This document shows positions 56,263-64,000 of a stretch of DNA of 64,000 nucleotides, in pieces (within the stretch, counting starts at the first letter, position 1; each line of letters starts with the position of its first letter). The stretch lies in sequence record OZ240615.1; one strand, given 5' to 3'. The position numbers and the translations under genes were made by a program. The notes beneath the pieces were generated by a model. The model was not told the DNA's origin and searched no databases. It worked only from the letters and a program-made list of their open reading frames with translations.

Positions 56263-56862
56263 ATGTGGACAACGCTTGCCGGTAATAGGTACTTTCGCTG
56301 CTTAATCGTGATCCTTTTGATTATGTTACTCGTCTTCGGTATCTATCAGGCCGGGAAGTACGTACAAAAGAAAATTAACGATACCGTTGCACAAGTCACC
56401 AACCAGATTACAAAGAATGTTCAAGAGAGCCTTCAAAAATCTCTCAATGAACAAATGGGCGGTTTGCAGAATCAAATCGACAACAATTTCAGTTCTATAA
56501 ACGGTAAATTCGATGAACAGCAACAAAGTATTAATGACACTAAGCTTAAGCTTAATAATATTGGCGATGTCTGGTTGCGCGTCGAAAGAGTACGTACCGA
56601 CGCAGAACACGTCAGTAACGCTAAAGGTACCGGAAGTAAAAGTGCCGGAAGTTCGGGAGGAAGTGATGGAACCTATTACGCCAAACTTCCAGATTCGAAT
56701 GTGCAATTTCTTAAAGGGGAAGCCTTTAGAGCAGATCAATGCGCCGTGCGACTCGGGGCAGCCCAACAAGTAATTGTGCAGTACAAAGGAGCGTTCGAGA
56801 AGTATCAAAGTCTGGTCGCTACTTATTTGGCGGCAGCACAAATCGGCGAACAAACGAAATAG
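56263..56862 (+). CDS. Inner-membrane spanin (Rz-like i-spanin), 199 aa
   Basis: One N-terminal TM (CLIVILLIMLLVFGIY), a long Gln/Asn coiled coil, WLRV followed by a flexible Gly/Ser linker, and a final helix FRADQCAVRLGAAQQVI. Confidence 0.75.
   Translation: MWTTLAGNRYFRCLIVILLIMLLVFGIYQAGKYVQKKINDTVAQVTNQITKNVQESLQKSLNEQMGGLQNQIDNNFSSINGKFDEQQQSINDTKLKLNNIGDVWLRVERVRTDAEHVSNAKGTGSKSAGSSGGSDGTYYAKLPDSNVQFLKGEAFRADQCAVRLGAAQQVIVQYKGAFEKYQSLVATYLAAAQIGEQTK
56513..56773 (+). CDS. Outer-membrane lipoprotein spanin (Rz1-like o-spanin), embedded in the +1 frame, 86 aa
   Basis: Signal peptide MNSNKVLMTLSLSLIILAMSG|C with a lipobox. The mature part is Pro-rich with two more Cys. It lies entirely inside the i-spanin gene. 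Confidence 0.75.
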   Translation: MNSNKVLMTLSLSLIILAMSGCASKEYVPTQNTSVTLKVPEVKVPEVREEVMEPITPNFQIRMCNFLKGKPLEQINAPCDSGQPNK

Positions 56863-56863
56863 C

Positions 56864-56906
56864 AAACACAGACAGAGAGGCGTTTGCCTCTCTGTCTGCT
56901 TTGTTT
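56864..56906. terminator. Bidirectional terminator (GTTT loop family)
   Basis: CAGACAGAGAGGC-GTTT-GCCTCTCTGTCTG. Confidence 0.9.
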
Positions 56907-57524
56907 TCATCGACGGTTTCGCAATGCGTTGACTACATCAGCGATTACACTACTGTTAATTTTGTCACCGACCACCGCAGACAGGATATCGCGGCGTTCC
57001 CGGTTGATGATCCCCATGTAATACCAGGTTACCATCATGGTGGGAAGGATAATAATCCCCGCAAGAGTGGCGGAAGGAAGTTCCTTTTTGTCGATACAGA
57101 CTACCGCTACAACAGATGTGAATACCAGGATAGTAAACGCCAACACCATGGCAAACATGGCGCCTATCAGTCGACGTGAACGTATCTCGTATTTATCCGG
57201 TTTTGCAATTTCATTAATGACTTCGGGATGAATAACTGGGGTAGGTTGCGGAGGCGTATCGACCTCTGGTTCGGCAACATCTGGTTCAGGGTGCTCTATT
57301 TCCGAAGCATCAACCGGGGCGATTTCCAATTGCAGCCAAATTGCTTTGTTATTGTCATCCGGGTGCGCAGCGATATAATCGCGTAGATCCTTTACCGTTG
57401 AGCCGGTAGGAGGGATAGCCGGTGCAAAGAGGTGTGCCCGCATTGACAACGAATTACCTTCACCGTCAACATAATCACTTAACTGAGTTTCATCCGGTAG
57501 TACAAGAAGTTCGCTTAATAACAT
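56907..57524 (-). CDS. Membrane protein with two C-terminal TM helices (holin candidate), 205 aa
   Basis: TMs LIGAMFAMVLAFTILVFTSVVAVVCI and LAGIIILPTMMVTWYYMGII, followed by a basic tail. The N-terminus is acidic and Pro-rich. Confidence 0.6.
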   Translation of the reverse strand: MLLSELLVLPDETQLSDYVDGEGNSLSMRAHLFAPAIPPTGSTVKDLRDYIAAHPDDNNKAIWLQLEIAPVDASEIEHPEPDVAEPEVDTPPQPTPVIHPEVINEIAKPDKYEIRSRRLIGAMFAMVLAFTILVFTSVVAVVCIDKKELPSATLAGIIILPTMMVTWYYMGIINRERRDILSAVVGDKINSSVIADVVNALRNRR

Positions 57525-58141
57525 CAGTACACCTCGTCGTAACTCGCCATCAATTGAAGGAAGACCTCGTTTAAAGGGGCTTTTGCATTAATCGTAAATA
57601 CACGAGCATTTGCTTCTGGGGCGATTTGATTAATGGCCGACAAGTAACGTCTACGATAAAAATCAAATTGGTCGATCAGTTCTTCTTCGATAGTGTCTTT
57701 CTTTCGATTACCAAGACGCTTGACGTGAGTGTCGTAATCAATGTCGAGATAAAAGATTGTTGGTTTATGATCAAAGATCCCGAGACCTTCATGAAGATTA
57801 AACAACCAATCCCAATCTTCGTCGGGGCTGTATGCGAAAGTAGAAAGCCACGAACGATCAAGAATAACTGTGTGTCCGCCTTCTAATGCGAAATTGACTT
57901 TGGCGTCAAACAATTCTTTCCGGGCCGCCACAAAGAGCAATGCTCGAGCAGCGGGTGAGGCAGGTCGTTTATTGGATGTGACAATTTCACGAATGGCCTC
58001 TGCGGGTACTGTGCTGCCCGGTTCACGGAAAACAACAACAGATTCTCCACGTTCTTTTAATGCTTGTTGTAATAAAGCCACTGCTTCTGTTTTGCCGGCG
58101 CCATCTAAACCTTCTACAATCAGTAATTTTGTTCTCGACAT
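57524..58141 (-). CDS. tmk: Thymidylate kinase
   Basis: LIVEGLDGAGKT, FREPG, LLFVAAR and ILDRSWLSTFAY. Confidence 0.95.
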   Translation of the reverse strand: MSRTKLLIVEGLDGAGKTEAVALLQQALKERGESVVVFREPGSTVPAEAIREIVTSNKRPASPAARALLFVAARKELFDAKVNFALEGGHTVILDRSWLSTFAYSPDEDWDWLFNLHEGLGIFDHKPTIFYLDIDYDTHVKRLGNRKKDTIEEELIDQFDFYRRRYLSAINQIAPEANARVFTINAKAPLNEVFLQLMASYDEVY

Positions 58142-58153
58142 GTTTAATCTCTT

Positions 58154-58744
58154 TTAAATAATACCTTGGAGTTCCAGTTGCCATTTTAAGCACAGCCAGA
58201 ATCCAATGGCGATAGAGTCGATACTGTGTTCGTCAAGGTCATCTATAACGACGTCGTCATCGACCAATAATTTCTTTTCTTTAATCAGAAGTTTAATAGC
58301 CTTTCTGACCGATTCTTTGTCTCCACCTCTTCCAGGTGCGCCGACTGCCTTTTTCGCGGTCGGGGGATCAATGAGGAACAAAGGGAGAGTATTTTTGTAT
58401 GCCCATACCGCTTCCCTGGCCATCACGATTCCTTCGACCAACGACTGAAACGCAGAAACAAACTTCAGTTTCATGTATGCCGATTCACACGATACTAATT
58501 GGGGCGCAAAATAATTTAACCGCTCGATAAGAAATTCCCTACACTTCGAATGACGCGCCCCACGATCGCCTAAGACGAGTTCCATACTGGTTTCAGTTAA
58601 TACACGGTTCGCATGAAAAGTTTCTGCGTGCCGGAGAATGAATTTTTTCTTTTCGAAATCATAATCGATAACGGAAATCCCAAAGCAATGGCTACCAGGA
58701 TCAATACCCACAATACGGAAACACTCGTCGTTCATGATCTTCAC
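58154..58744 (-). CDS. ruvC: RuvC-like Holliday junction resolvase
   Basis: IVGIDPG, VSCESAY, PPTAKKAVG...KESV and DEHSIDSIAIG. Confidence 0.9.
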   Translation of the reverse strand: MKIMNDECFRIVGIDPGSHCFGISVIDYDFEKKKFILRHAETFHANRVLTETSMELVLGDRGARHSKCREFLIERLNYFAPQLVSCESAYMKLKFVSAFQSLVEGIVMAREAVWAYKNTLPLFLIDPPTAKKAVGAPGRGGDKESVRKAIKLLIKEKKLLVDDDVVIDDLDEHSIDSIAIGFWLCLKWQLELQGII

Positions 58745-58783
58745 CTGTCCCTACCTCATTATAAATGTTGATTCCATAAAATA

Positions 58784-58811
58784 AGAAAGAGGGTCCGAGG
58801 ACCCTCTTTCT
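58784..58811 (-). terminator. Intrinsic terminator followed by TATG
   Basis: AGAAAGAGGGTC-CGAG-GACCCTCTTTCT. The minus strand continues TATTTTATGG (TATG at 58778-58775). Confidence 0.85.
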
Positions 58812-58820
58812 ACCTGGTGA

Positions 58821-59966
58821 TTATTCAACGCTTTCAATATCGTAACGCAGTTGTGCCTGACCTACAATGAAGGACGTCGTTGACGGAGTGAGCGTCACAG
58901 TTTCGGTCCAACCGTAAACAGAACGAACGCGATTAATAGCGGTCACCCTCGCGTTGGTAAATGCGGTAGTCAACCGCGCTTTATTCGCTTCGGTATTCAT
59001 TGTACTCCAGTTTGCGGCAATTTTACCTACAATAGCCTGTACCAAACTGCCGTCGGTGATTTCCGTGCCGATACGATAAAGCTGGATTGCATTCTGGTAA
59101 TCAGAGAAATCTAGCGGGCGAGTTAATAACAGTGCAGAATAACGGTTGGTTCCGATACCAGTCGGATAATCCATTCCCACCATTGCACCTACCTGCAGGC
59201 TGTTCAACGATATCGTCGGCGGGTATTCTAACCCCTCCAGTACGGAAACAAAATTGTCCAGTGCGACAGCGGATGGGTATTTCAGACCATCGAGTGTAGT
59301 CACGGTGATCAGACTATTAAGGTCCTGACTTCCCGGGTATTCCAGTCCATCCAGATCGGTTTCCAGAATCACACTGTCCAGATCAAAAATAGACGGGTAA
59401 TAAAGCCCGTCCATCGCCGTCTGGCGAACACTCCACGTAATTCCCGCAAAACTATTCGGTTCAAACGCTTCGAGGTTGTCAGTGATTATCGAAGCGAGGG
59501 AGGTTTTGGTGTTTCTCAGGTAGAAGTTTACTGATCCTACCCAACTCCAACTCGTTTCGGCAATTGGCCAGCTGATGAAGATCTCGCTATCTCCGGCATC
59601 GGTGTTAAGGTCAAGTAACCCTGGAGCAAAATCGCTGTCTTCAAACGGCGGAAGGCCATAGGTCGCACAGAGAGATTCGAGGATTTTTCGGTTGGTTAAC
59701 CCTGACCCTGCTTGTACGTGCAGCTCGATGCCTTTGAATAACGTTTGGAAATTACGTTTAAAAACCCCGATGTCATCCCGAACGCCAAAGTAACGCCCCG
59801 ATAGGTCTTTAACAATAAACCGCTGACGAGATTCGAAAGAATCAAATTCCCCACGCTGGACATCAAGGTTTTCAGCTGTGAAATCTGACCCATAATCAGC
59901 ATTGGCCTTATTGATTAACCCGACAATCTCAGCTTCTATAGTAGGATAACCAAAAATAGTGCTCAT
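58821..59966 (-). CDS. Virion structural (tail/baseplate fibre) protein with LDGLxYP repeats, 381 aa
   Basis: Five tandem repeats of about 19 aa ending MDGLYYP, LDGLEYP, LDGLKYP, LEGLEYP and MVGMDYP. Confidence 0.7.
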   Translation of the reverse strand: MSTIFGYPTIEAEIVGLINKANADYGSDFTAENLDVQRGEFDSFESRQRFIVKDLSGRYFGVRDDIGVFKRNFQTLFKGIELHVQAGSGLTNRKILESLCATYGLPPFEDSDFAPGLLDLNTDAGDSEIFISWPIAETSWSWVGSVNFYLRNTKTSLASIITDNLEAFEPNSFAGITWSVRQTAMDGLYYPSIFDLDSVILETDLDGLEYPGSQDLNSLITVTTLDGLKYPSAVALDNFVSVLEGLEYPPTISLNSLQVGAMVGMDYPTGIGTNRYSALLLTRPLDFSDYQNAIQLYRIGTEITDGSLVQAIVGKIAANWSTMNTEANKARLTTAFTNARVTAINRVRSVYGWTETVTLTPSTTSFIVGQAQLRYDIESVE

Positions 59967-59980
59967 TCAGTCATCCTCTT

Positions 59981-60898
59981 TTAAGCCAGCGATTTAATGG
60001 TCGCCGTGATTCCTGAAGTTGTGGAGGCGGTTGTCACACTGTTACTTGTCAGCATAGGTTCGTTAGCCCCCATTTCGAGAGTAATCACAAAACCTTGGTT
60101 ATCGAAGGACAACTGCCGATAAGTGGAGAGCCAGGTAAGTACCTGAGCGTAAATCGCCTCGACCATGTTAATCTGTGCACCACCCGGACCTGTGGCTTGT
60201 ACGCTGCGCTGAATAGCGGAAACCAACCCGATTTCAGAGATGATCGCCCGCTTCTGGGAACCGTAGAGAATACTGGCAACGTTGTTCAATTCAGCAACGT
60301 CGTTCTCATCAAACGGAACGTCGACTTCCATACTGGCGGTGAGATATTCCGAGTTAGTGGTGGTCGCTTGTGCCGAAGTCAACGTCGGGCGAGTCGGGAA
60401 AAGGTTCGATGAGTTTGGTACGAATTCGGTGGTCGTAGACTCACCGTCAATCACGACGGTATGACGCAACGTTGGTTTAGCGGCTGACAAGTCGATCTTC
60501 TTCAGGTAGTAAGAAAAATAGTTTACACCGTTTAAATTCTCTAACTTACGCAGAGCGTAGTTAGCTCGTTCGGATGCGGAAAGGTCGTTGGTTTCTAAAC
60601 GCATGACAAACGGGATCATGTTAAACGGACCGAAATCAGCAGCGGTATGCTGAGCTGGTTCGATAATGATTTCGTTATCAGCAGTGGGAACGTTATAGTG
60701 ACCTTTATCGCCAATGCAGTAGTACCCGAAGGCAGGGCGATCGGTGGTTGCGATCTGTGCATCTGCGTTAATGCTCAGTCTTTCATTCAGCGTAGTGTAC
60801 GCAAGCTTCGTGATTGAAAGTCCAGGTAAGAGGTGGGTTTGCAGTAAACCGCTAAGCGCCGTCCGCGCGATAAGGTTAGTGTTTGTGCTGGCACTCAT
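59981..60898 (-). CDS. Virion structural (baseplate) protein, 305 aa
   Basis: AGGA RBS within the structural cluster. FGYYCIGDKGH and FSYYLKKID motifs. Confidence 0.65.
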   Translation of the reverse strand: MSASTNTNLIARTALSGLLQTHLLPGLSITKLAYTTLNERLSINADAQIATTDRPAFGYYCIGDKGHYNVPTADNEIIIEPAQHTAADFGPFNMIPFVMRLETNDLSASERANYALRKLENLNGVNYFSYYLKKIDLSAAKPTLRHTVVIDGESTTTEFVPNSSNLFPTRPTLTSAQATTTNSEYLTASMEVDVPFDENDVAELNNVASILYGSQKRAIISEIGLVSAIQRSVQATGPGGAQINMVEAIYAQVLTWLSTYRQLSFDNQGFVITLEMGANEPMLTSNSVTTASTTSGITATIKSLA

Positions 60899-60954
60899 TT
60901 TTAAGTCCTATGCAATAAACGAGAAATGGGTCACGCCGAAACAGGACGGCGAAT

Positions 60955-60995
60955 GTCATAAAAAGCGAAGGAGAGCAGAAACGCTCTCCTTCGCT
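60955..60995 (-). terminator. Intrinsic terminator followed by TATGAC
   Basis: AGCGAAGGAGAGC-loop-GCTCTCCTTCGCT (60964-60995). The minus strand continues TTTTATGAC (TATGAC at 60960-60955). Confidence 0.85.
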
Positions 60996-61007
60996 ATATT
61001 TTATCGA

Positions 61008-61550
61008 TTAAGAACCGGCAGAGAATCCGTCCTGAGTATTAGGGATTTCGTCAGTGTTCAATCTTGTTTCGGAGGACGTAATCACAAGAGTGATATTGCC
61101 AAACAACGTCAAGTGATCAGCAACGATGGTAACGCCAACCGATACGGTTTCATCAACATTCGTCACCGGTGCAGCAACTGTAATGTCGGACGCAACCATC
61201 GATGAAGAAAAATTGGCCACGAGATAAGCCAGTGCAGAGGCGGCGGCATGTGAAGCGTCCCAGTTACTGAGGTCGTCAGTAATGGCTTTCTCGATGTTAT
61301 AGCTCGCAATGTCTTTACGAACGTAATAAACGGTTTTCGCTTCCCCATAAACCAGGGTTGAGGTCGAAACTGGCGTGAGTAGAACGCTAGTATTGGCGCC
61401 ATCATCTCTTCCCGATACTGCGGTAATCGCAGTAGCAGTGAGATCGTCGTCAGTAAATACCGCTCCATCCGGAAGCGCGGTTGTTGACTTGGTTAACAGG
61501 TCATAGAACGCGGCTTTGGGAGTTTTGGTTAAATCAAGAGCGACTGCCAT
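61008..61550 (-). CDS. Virion structural protein, 180 aa
   Basis: AAGGA RBS. The TVYYVRKDI module is paralogous to 8000 and 61584. Confidence 0.65.
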   Translation of the reverse strand: MAVALDLTKTPKAAFYDLLTKSTTALPDGAVFTDDDLTATAITAVSGRDDGANTSVLLTPVSTSTLVYGEAKTVYYVRKDIASYNIEKAITDDLSNWDASHAAASALAYLVANFSSSMVASDITVAAPVTNVDETVSVGVTIVADHLTLFGNITLVITSSETRLNTDEIPNTQDGFSAGS

Positions 61551-61583
61551 AATATCGTTTTCCTTTTCTGTTTACTACGTATC

Positions 61584-62426
61584 TTAACTCAAATTGTAGT
61601 GTAAGATTAAATGCCCTGCGACATTCGTACATAAGGTGGTGTCCAGATGGATCACAACGCAGCGCTCGTAATTGGTATTAACGTAAACCGGGGCGGATGA
61701 CGTGAGGCCGTTATACCAGACAGTTGCGCCGGCCATATTCCATTCAGCCGGAGTAGGTGTGTTGACCCACTGATCTGGAGATTTACGGTTTAGAATAGTG
61801 AGTAGTTCACCCTCGATCAAATCCCCGTAACCAAAACGTTGCATGTTATCAGCATCGTAGGTATAATCCTGAGCGTAGAGATAAAGCGGTCCCTGAATTT
61901 TTACTGACTGATTAGTCGGGTAAGCTAACCCAGCAAGATCGGTGTTACGAATGACGGTATCGATGGCCTTTTTCGGGTCGCCGATGTTGACTTCTAAAAT
62001 CCCAGTAAAAGCAGGGCAGGTTGGCCTGACTCGTAACTGGGTCACAGTGGGGACAGTACTGAGGTTCAGGACTTCGTCATAGATGTCTTCTGCGGCTAAC
62101 TGGAAACCGAAGTTCAAGTTAATCTCCGCTAGAAGATCTGATTTTTTAAACTTGTTACTGGCGGAAACGTACACTTGGACATCACTGAAAATCTGGGCAA
62201 GGTTCGGACGGTTCCAGGTTAATGTCACTTCCCCTTCACGTCCCATCCCGGGAATAGCCATCAATTTACCGACAGTATTACGGGCAGTATCGCCGTTCGT
62301 ATTTTCGGTAAAATTGGTTAAGCGTACTTGGTCTTGTGTAAAGTCACTGTCCGGGTTCGCCTCTTTGATCAGGTCGAAAACCAGCTCATCCGTCGGCTTA
62401 TTGTAATACCCATTCGCTGCAGCCAT
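61584..62426 (-). CDS. Virion structural (tail fibre-type) protein, 280 aa
   Basis: GGAG RBS, TLTWNRPNLAQIF module and one IRNTDLAGLAYP repeat. Confidence 0.7.
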   Translation of the reverse strand: MAAANGYYNKPTDELVFDLIKEANPDSDFTQDQVRLTNFTENTNGDTARNTVGKLMAIPGMGREGEVTLTWNRPNLAQIFSDVQVYVSASNKFKKSDLLAEINLNFGFQLAAEDIYDEVLNLSTVPTVTQLRVRPTCPAFTGILEVNIGDPKKAIDTVIRNTDLAGLAYPTNQSVKIQGPLYLYAQDYTYDADNMQRFGYGDLIEGELLTILNRKSPDQWVNTPTPAEWNMAGATVWYNGLTSSAPVYVNTNYERCVVIHLDTTLCTNVAGHLILHYNLS

Positions 62427-62457
62427 TATAGACTCCGTTAAAATAAAATTCGATTAT

Positions 62458-62490
62458 GTCATAACAAAAAAGGCGGTCTCCCGCCTTTTT
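62458..62490 (-). terminator. Intrinsic terminator followed by TATGAC
   Basis: AAAAAGGCGG-TCTC-CCGCCTTTTT (62467-62490). The minus strand continues TGTTATGAC (TATGAC at 62463-62458). Confidence 0.85.
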
Positions 62491-62505
62491 CATTTATTGT
62501 ACGTA

Positions 62506-63999
62506 TTACTCGAAAGTGAGAAGCGTATCAGTGGGGAAGTACTCATTTAACCGTAAAGGTTCGGCGAACCCCAACAGGGTATCTGGCATGACTTGCCAGA
62601 GCTGTACTCTCGGAATGTCTTTAACCCACAGACCGTCTAAGACAGTATTGGACAGCGACAATGCAGGATCAGATTGGACCTTGTTGACCCACAGACCATT
62701 AAGGTTCCGAACGAGGACTTCCGTCTGGAGTAAGTCATCCACTTGCGGCGGGTAGACCCAGAGACCCGGTAGCGCTAACGTCCTGATTATGTCTTCTATC
62801 GGCCGGTATGTAACATGGTATAGCCACAATCCGTTAAGCGCTGTATTACTGACATCCAGCTCAATATCTTTGGTCAAGGAGCCTTTGAAACGAACTTCAG
62901 CAATCGGGATACGATGAATCGTTTTGATCGCAGTGTCGCAAAGGAACCCAATTCCCCAATCCAGTTTGTAGTAGTAATTGGCGTAGATCTGTTTCAGGTC
63001 AAGGTTAATCGCTCTGAACGGAGGAACGTCCGTCGAGGACTTCGCCCTTTGTTTCTGGTTGATCACTTCCACTCGTGACGGAAGTTGAACTTTACCATAA
63101 CCTTTACTCTCAACATTACCATACCGGACCGCTAGATTATCCAAAACAATACCGGGGGCAGCAATCGTTTTATGAACGTACTGGACGCCATAAGACGAAA
63201 GCTGAGTCATGATCCCGATCATCGCTGTGTGGATATCTGATATACTGATCGTTGAGCGCAAGTCAGACCCGGTTGCTACGGTAAAAATACTCAGCGCAAA
63301 CTCGGACCATTCTGTCGGGGTGGTCATGCTCAACTTCCAGTTCTTCTCTTTAAACCACTCTGTGTAAGTGGTAGGCGTGTCAATCAGTACGCACAATTCA
63401 TCGCAATAAAACTTACGACACAGAACTTCCCACTCCCCGCGTTGATAGAAATCTTCCATCGAAGTATACATCATACGGTGTGCAGAGATGTTCCCTTGAA
63501 TAGCCACTGCGGTCGAATAAAAGGCTTCGGTAGAGATAATACTGTTGACCAAGGTGGTTTCCGTCATGGCGACCTGAATCCCTAACTCAGTCACATATTT
63601 TTTCTGCGTGGCGCGACGTAACTCCGAAAATGTTGGAGTCGGGATTCGTTGCGCAAAGAAAGCCGTGAGGTTGGGGATATCTGTCAACGTCACTTCAAAT
63701 TGTTGCATGACGCTATACACCCAAAGAATCAACGCCTCTTTAACTGACATTGACATCGCTTCCTGACTAACAGGATCAGTCAGAATGATGTTCGCCGTGT
63801 ACTTCCCGTGTGAAGCTAAATAGATCCACTCGGTCAGTAATGTGTCGGTCAACTTCCGTGGCATCGCATCTGACTGGTCAACCATCACCGATTCAAGTAC
63901 TTTTGTCGGCAGGATGTTAGTGATTGCATTCTTCACCATGTCAGGAACGACGGTCTGTTGTGTTTCCAGATAATCAGCGTTATCTTTTGCCGAGTTCAC
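62506..63999 (-). CDS. Baseplate wedge-type structural protein, C-terminal part (5' end outside the window)
   Basis: The ORF runs off the window edge. QLSSYGVQY motif and C-terminal LxGLW repeats. Confidence 0.65.
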   Translation of the reverse strand: MNSAKDNADYLETQQTVVPDMVKNAITNILPTKVLESVMVDQSDAMPRKLTDTLLTEWIYLASHGKYTANIILTDPVSQEAMSMSVKEALILWVYSVMQQFEVTLTDIPNLTAFFAQRIPTPTFSELRRATQKKYVTELGIQVAMTETTLVNSIISTEAFYSTAVAIQGNISAHRMMYTSMEDFYQRGEWEVLCRKFYCDELCVLIDTPTTYTEWFKEKNWKLSMTTPTEWSEFALSIFTVATGSDLRSTISISDIHTAMIGIMTQLSSYGVQYVHKTIAAPGIVLDNLAVRYGNVESKGYGKVQLPSRVEVINQKQRAKSSTDVPPFRAINLDLKQIYANYYYKLDWGIGFLCDTAIKTIHRIPIAEVRFKGSLTKDIELDVSNTALNGLWLYHVTYRPIEDIIRTLALPGLWVYPPQVDDLLQTEVLVRNLNGLWVNKVQSDPALSLSNTVLDGLWVKDIPRVQLWQVMPDTLLGFAEPLRLNEYFPTDTLLTFE

Positions 64000-64000
64000 T

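Noticed and set aside
56326-56910. 194-aa minus-strand ORF opposite the spanin pair (possible triple coding)
   Set aside because: It starts at the stop of the upstream gene, reads through a terminator hairpin, has no RBS and has atypical composition.
1-64000. CRISPR array, tRNA or rRNA genes, transposons or integrase
   Set aside because: The hairpins are dispersed, non-identical and not regularly spaced. I found no tRNA T-loop/acceptor patterns or mobile-element enzymes by eye; a tRNAscan run would be decisive.

Overview
The window is a 64-kb segment of a phiKZ-related jumbo myophage genome. Gene order resembles SPN3US and the Erwinia jumbo phages, so the host is probably an enterobacterium (inference). 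No chimallin or tubulin gene is in the window, so nucleus formation cannot be shown here. From left to right it holds: a 5'-truncated tail-fibre gene; three tailspike/depolymerase genes sharing an N-terminal module, plus a probable relic of a fourth; a cluster of small unknown genes; the prohead protease; four virion RNA polymerase subunits (beta-N, beta'-N, beta-C and a probable beta'-C); the 2201-aa gp181-type tail protein with a lytic transglycosylase domain; a SLOG protein; UvsX/RecA; RNase H; SbcC; the baseplate spike; repeat-containing tail fibres; an embedded Rz/Rz1-type spanin pair next to a holin-like gene; thymidylate kinase; RuvC; and baseplate or fibre paralogs. About 25 intergenic hairpins punctuate the window. 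Two regulatory motifs recur: TATG(AC) placed directly after terminators, and a 16-bp TATATCAC-YY-TATTGA motif. I found no tRNA, rRNA, CRISPR array, integrase or transposase. All family assignments come from motif recognition by eye; no searches were run.
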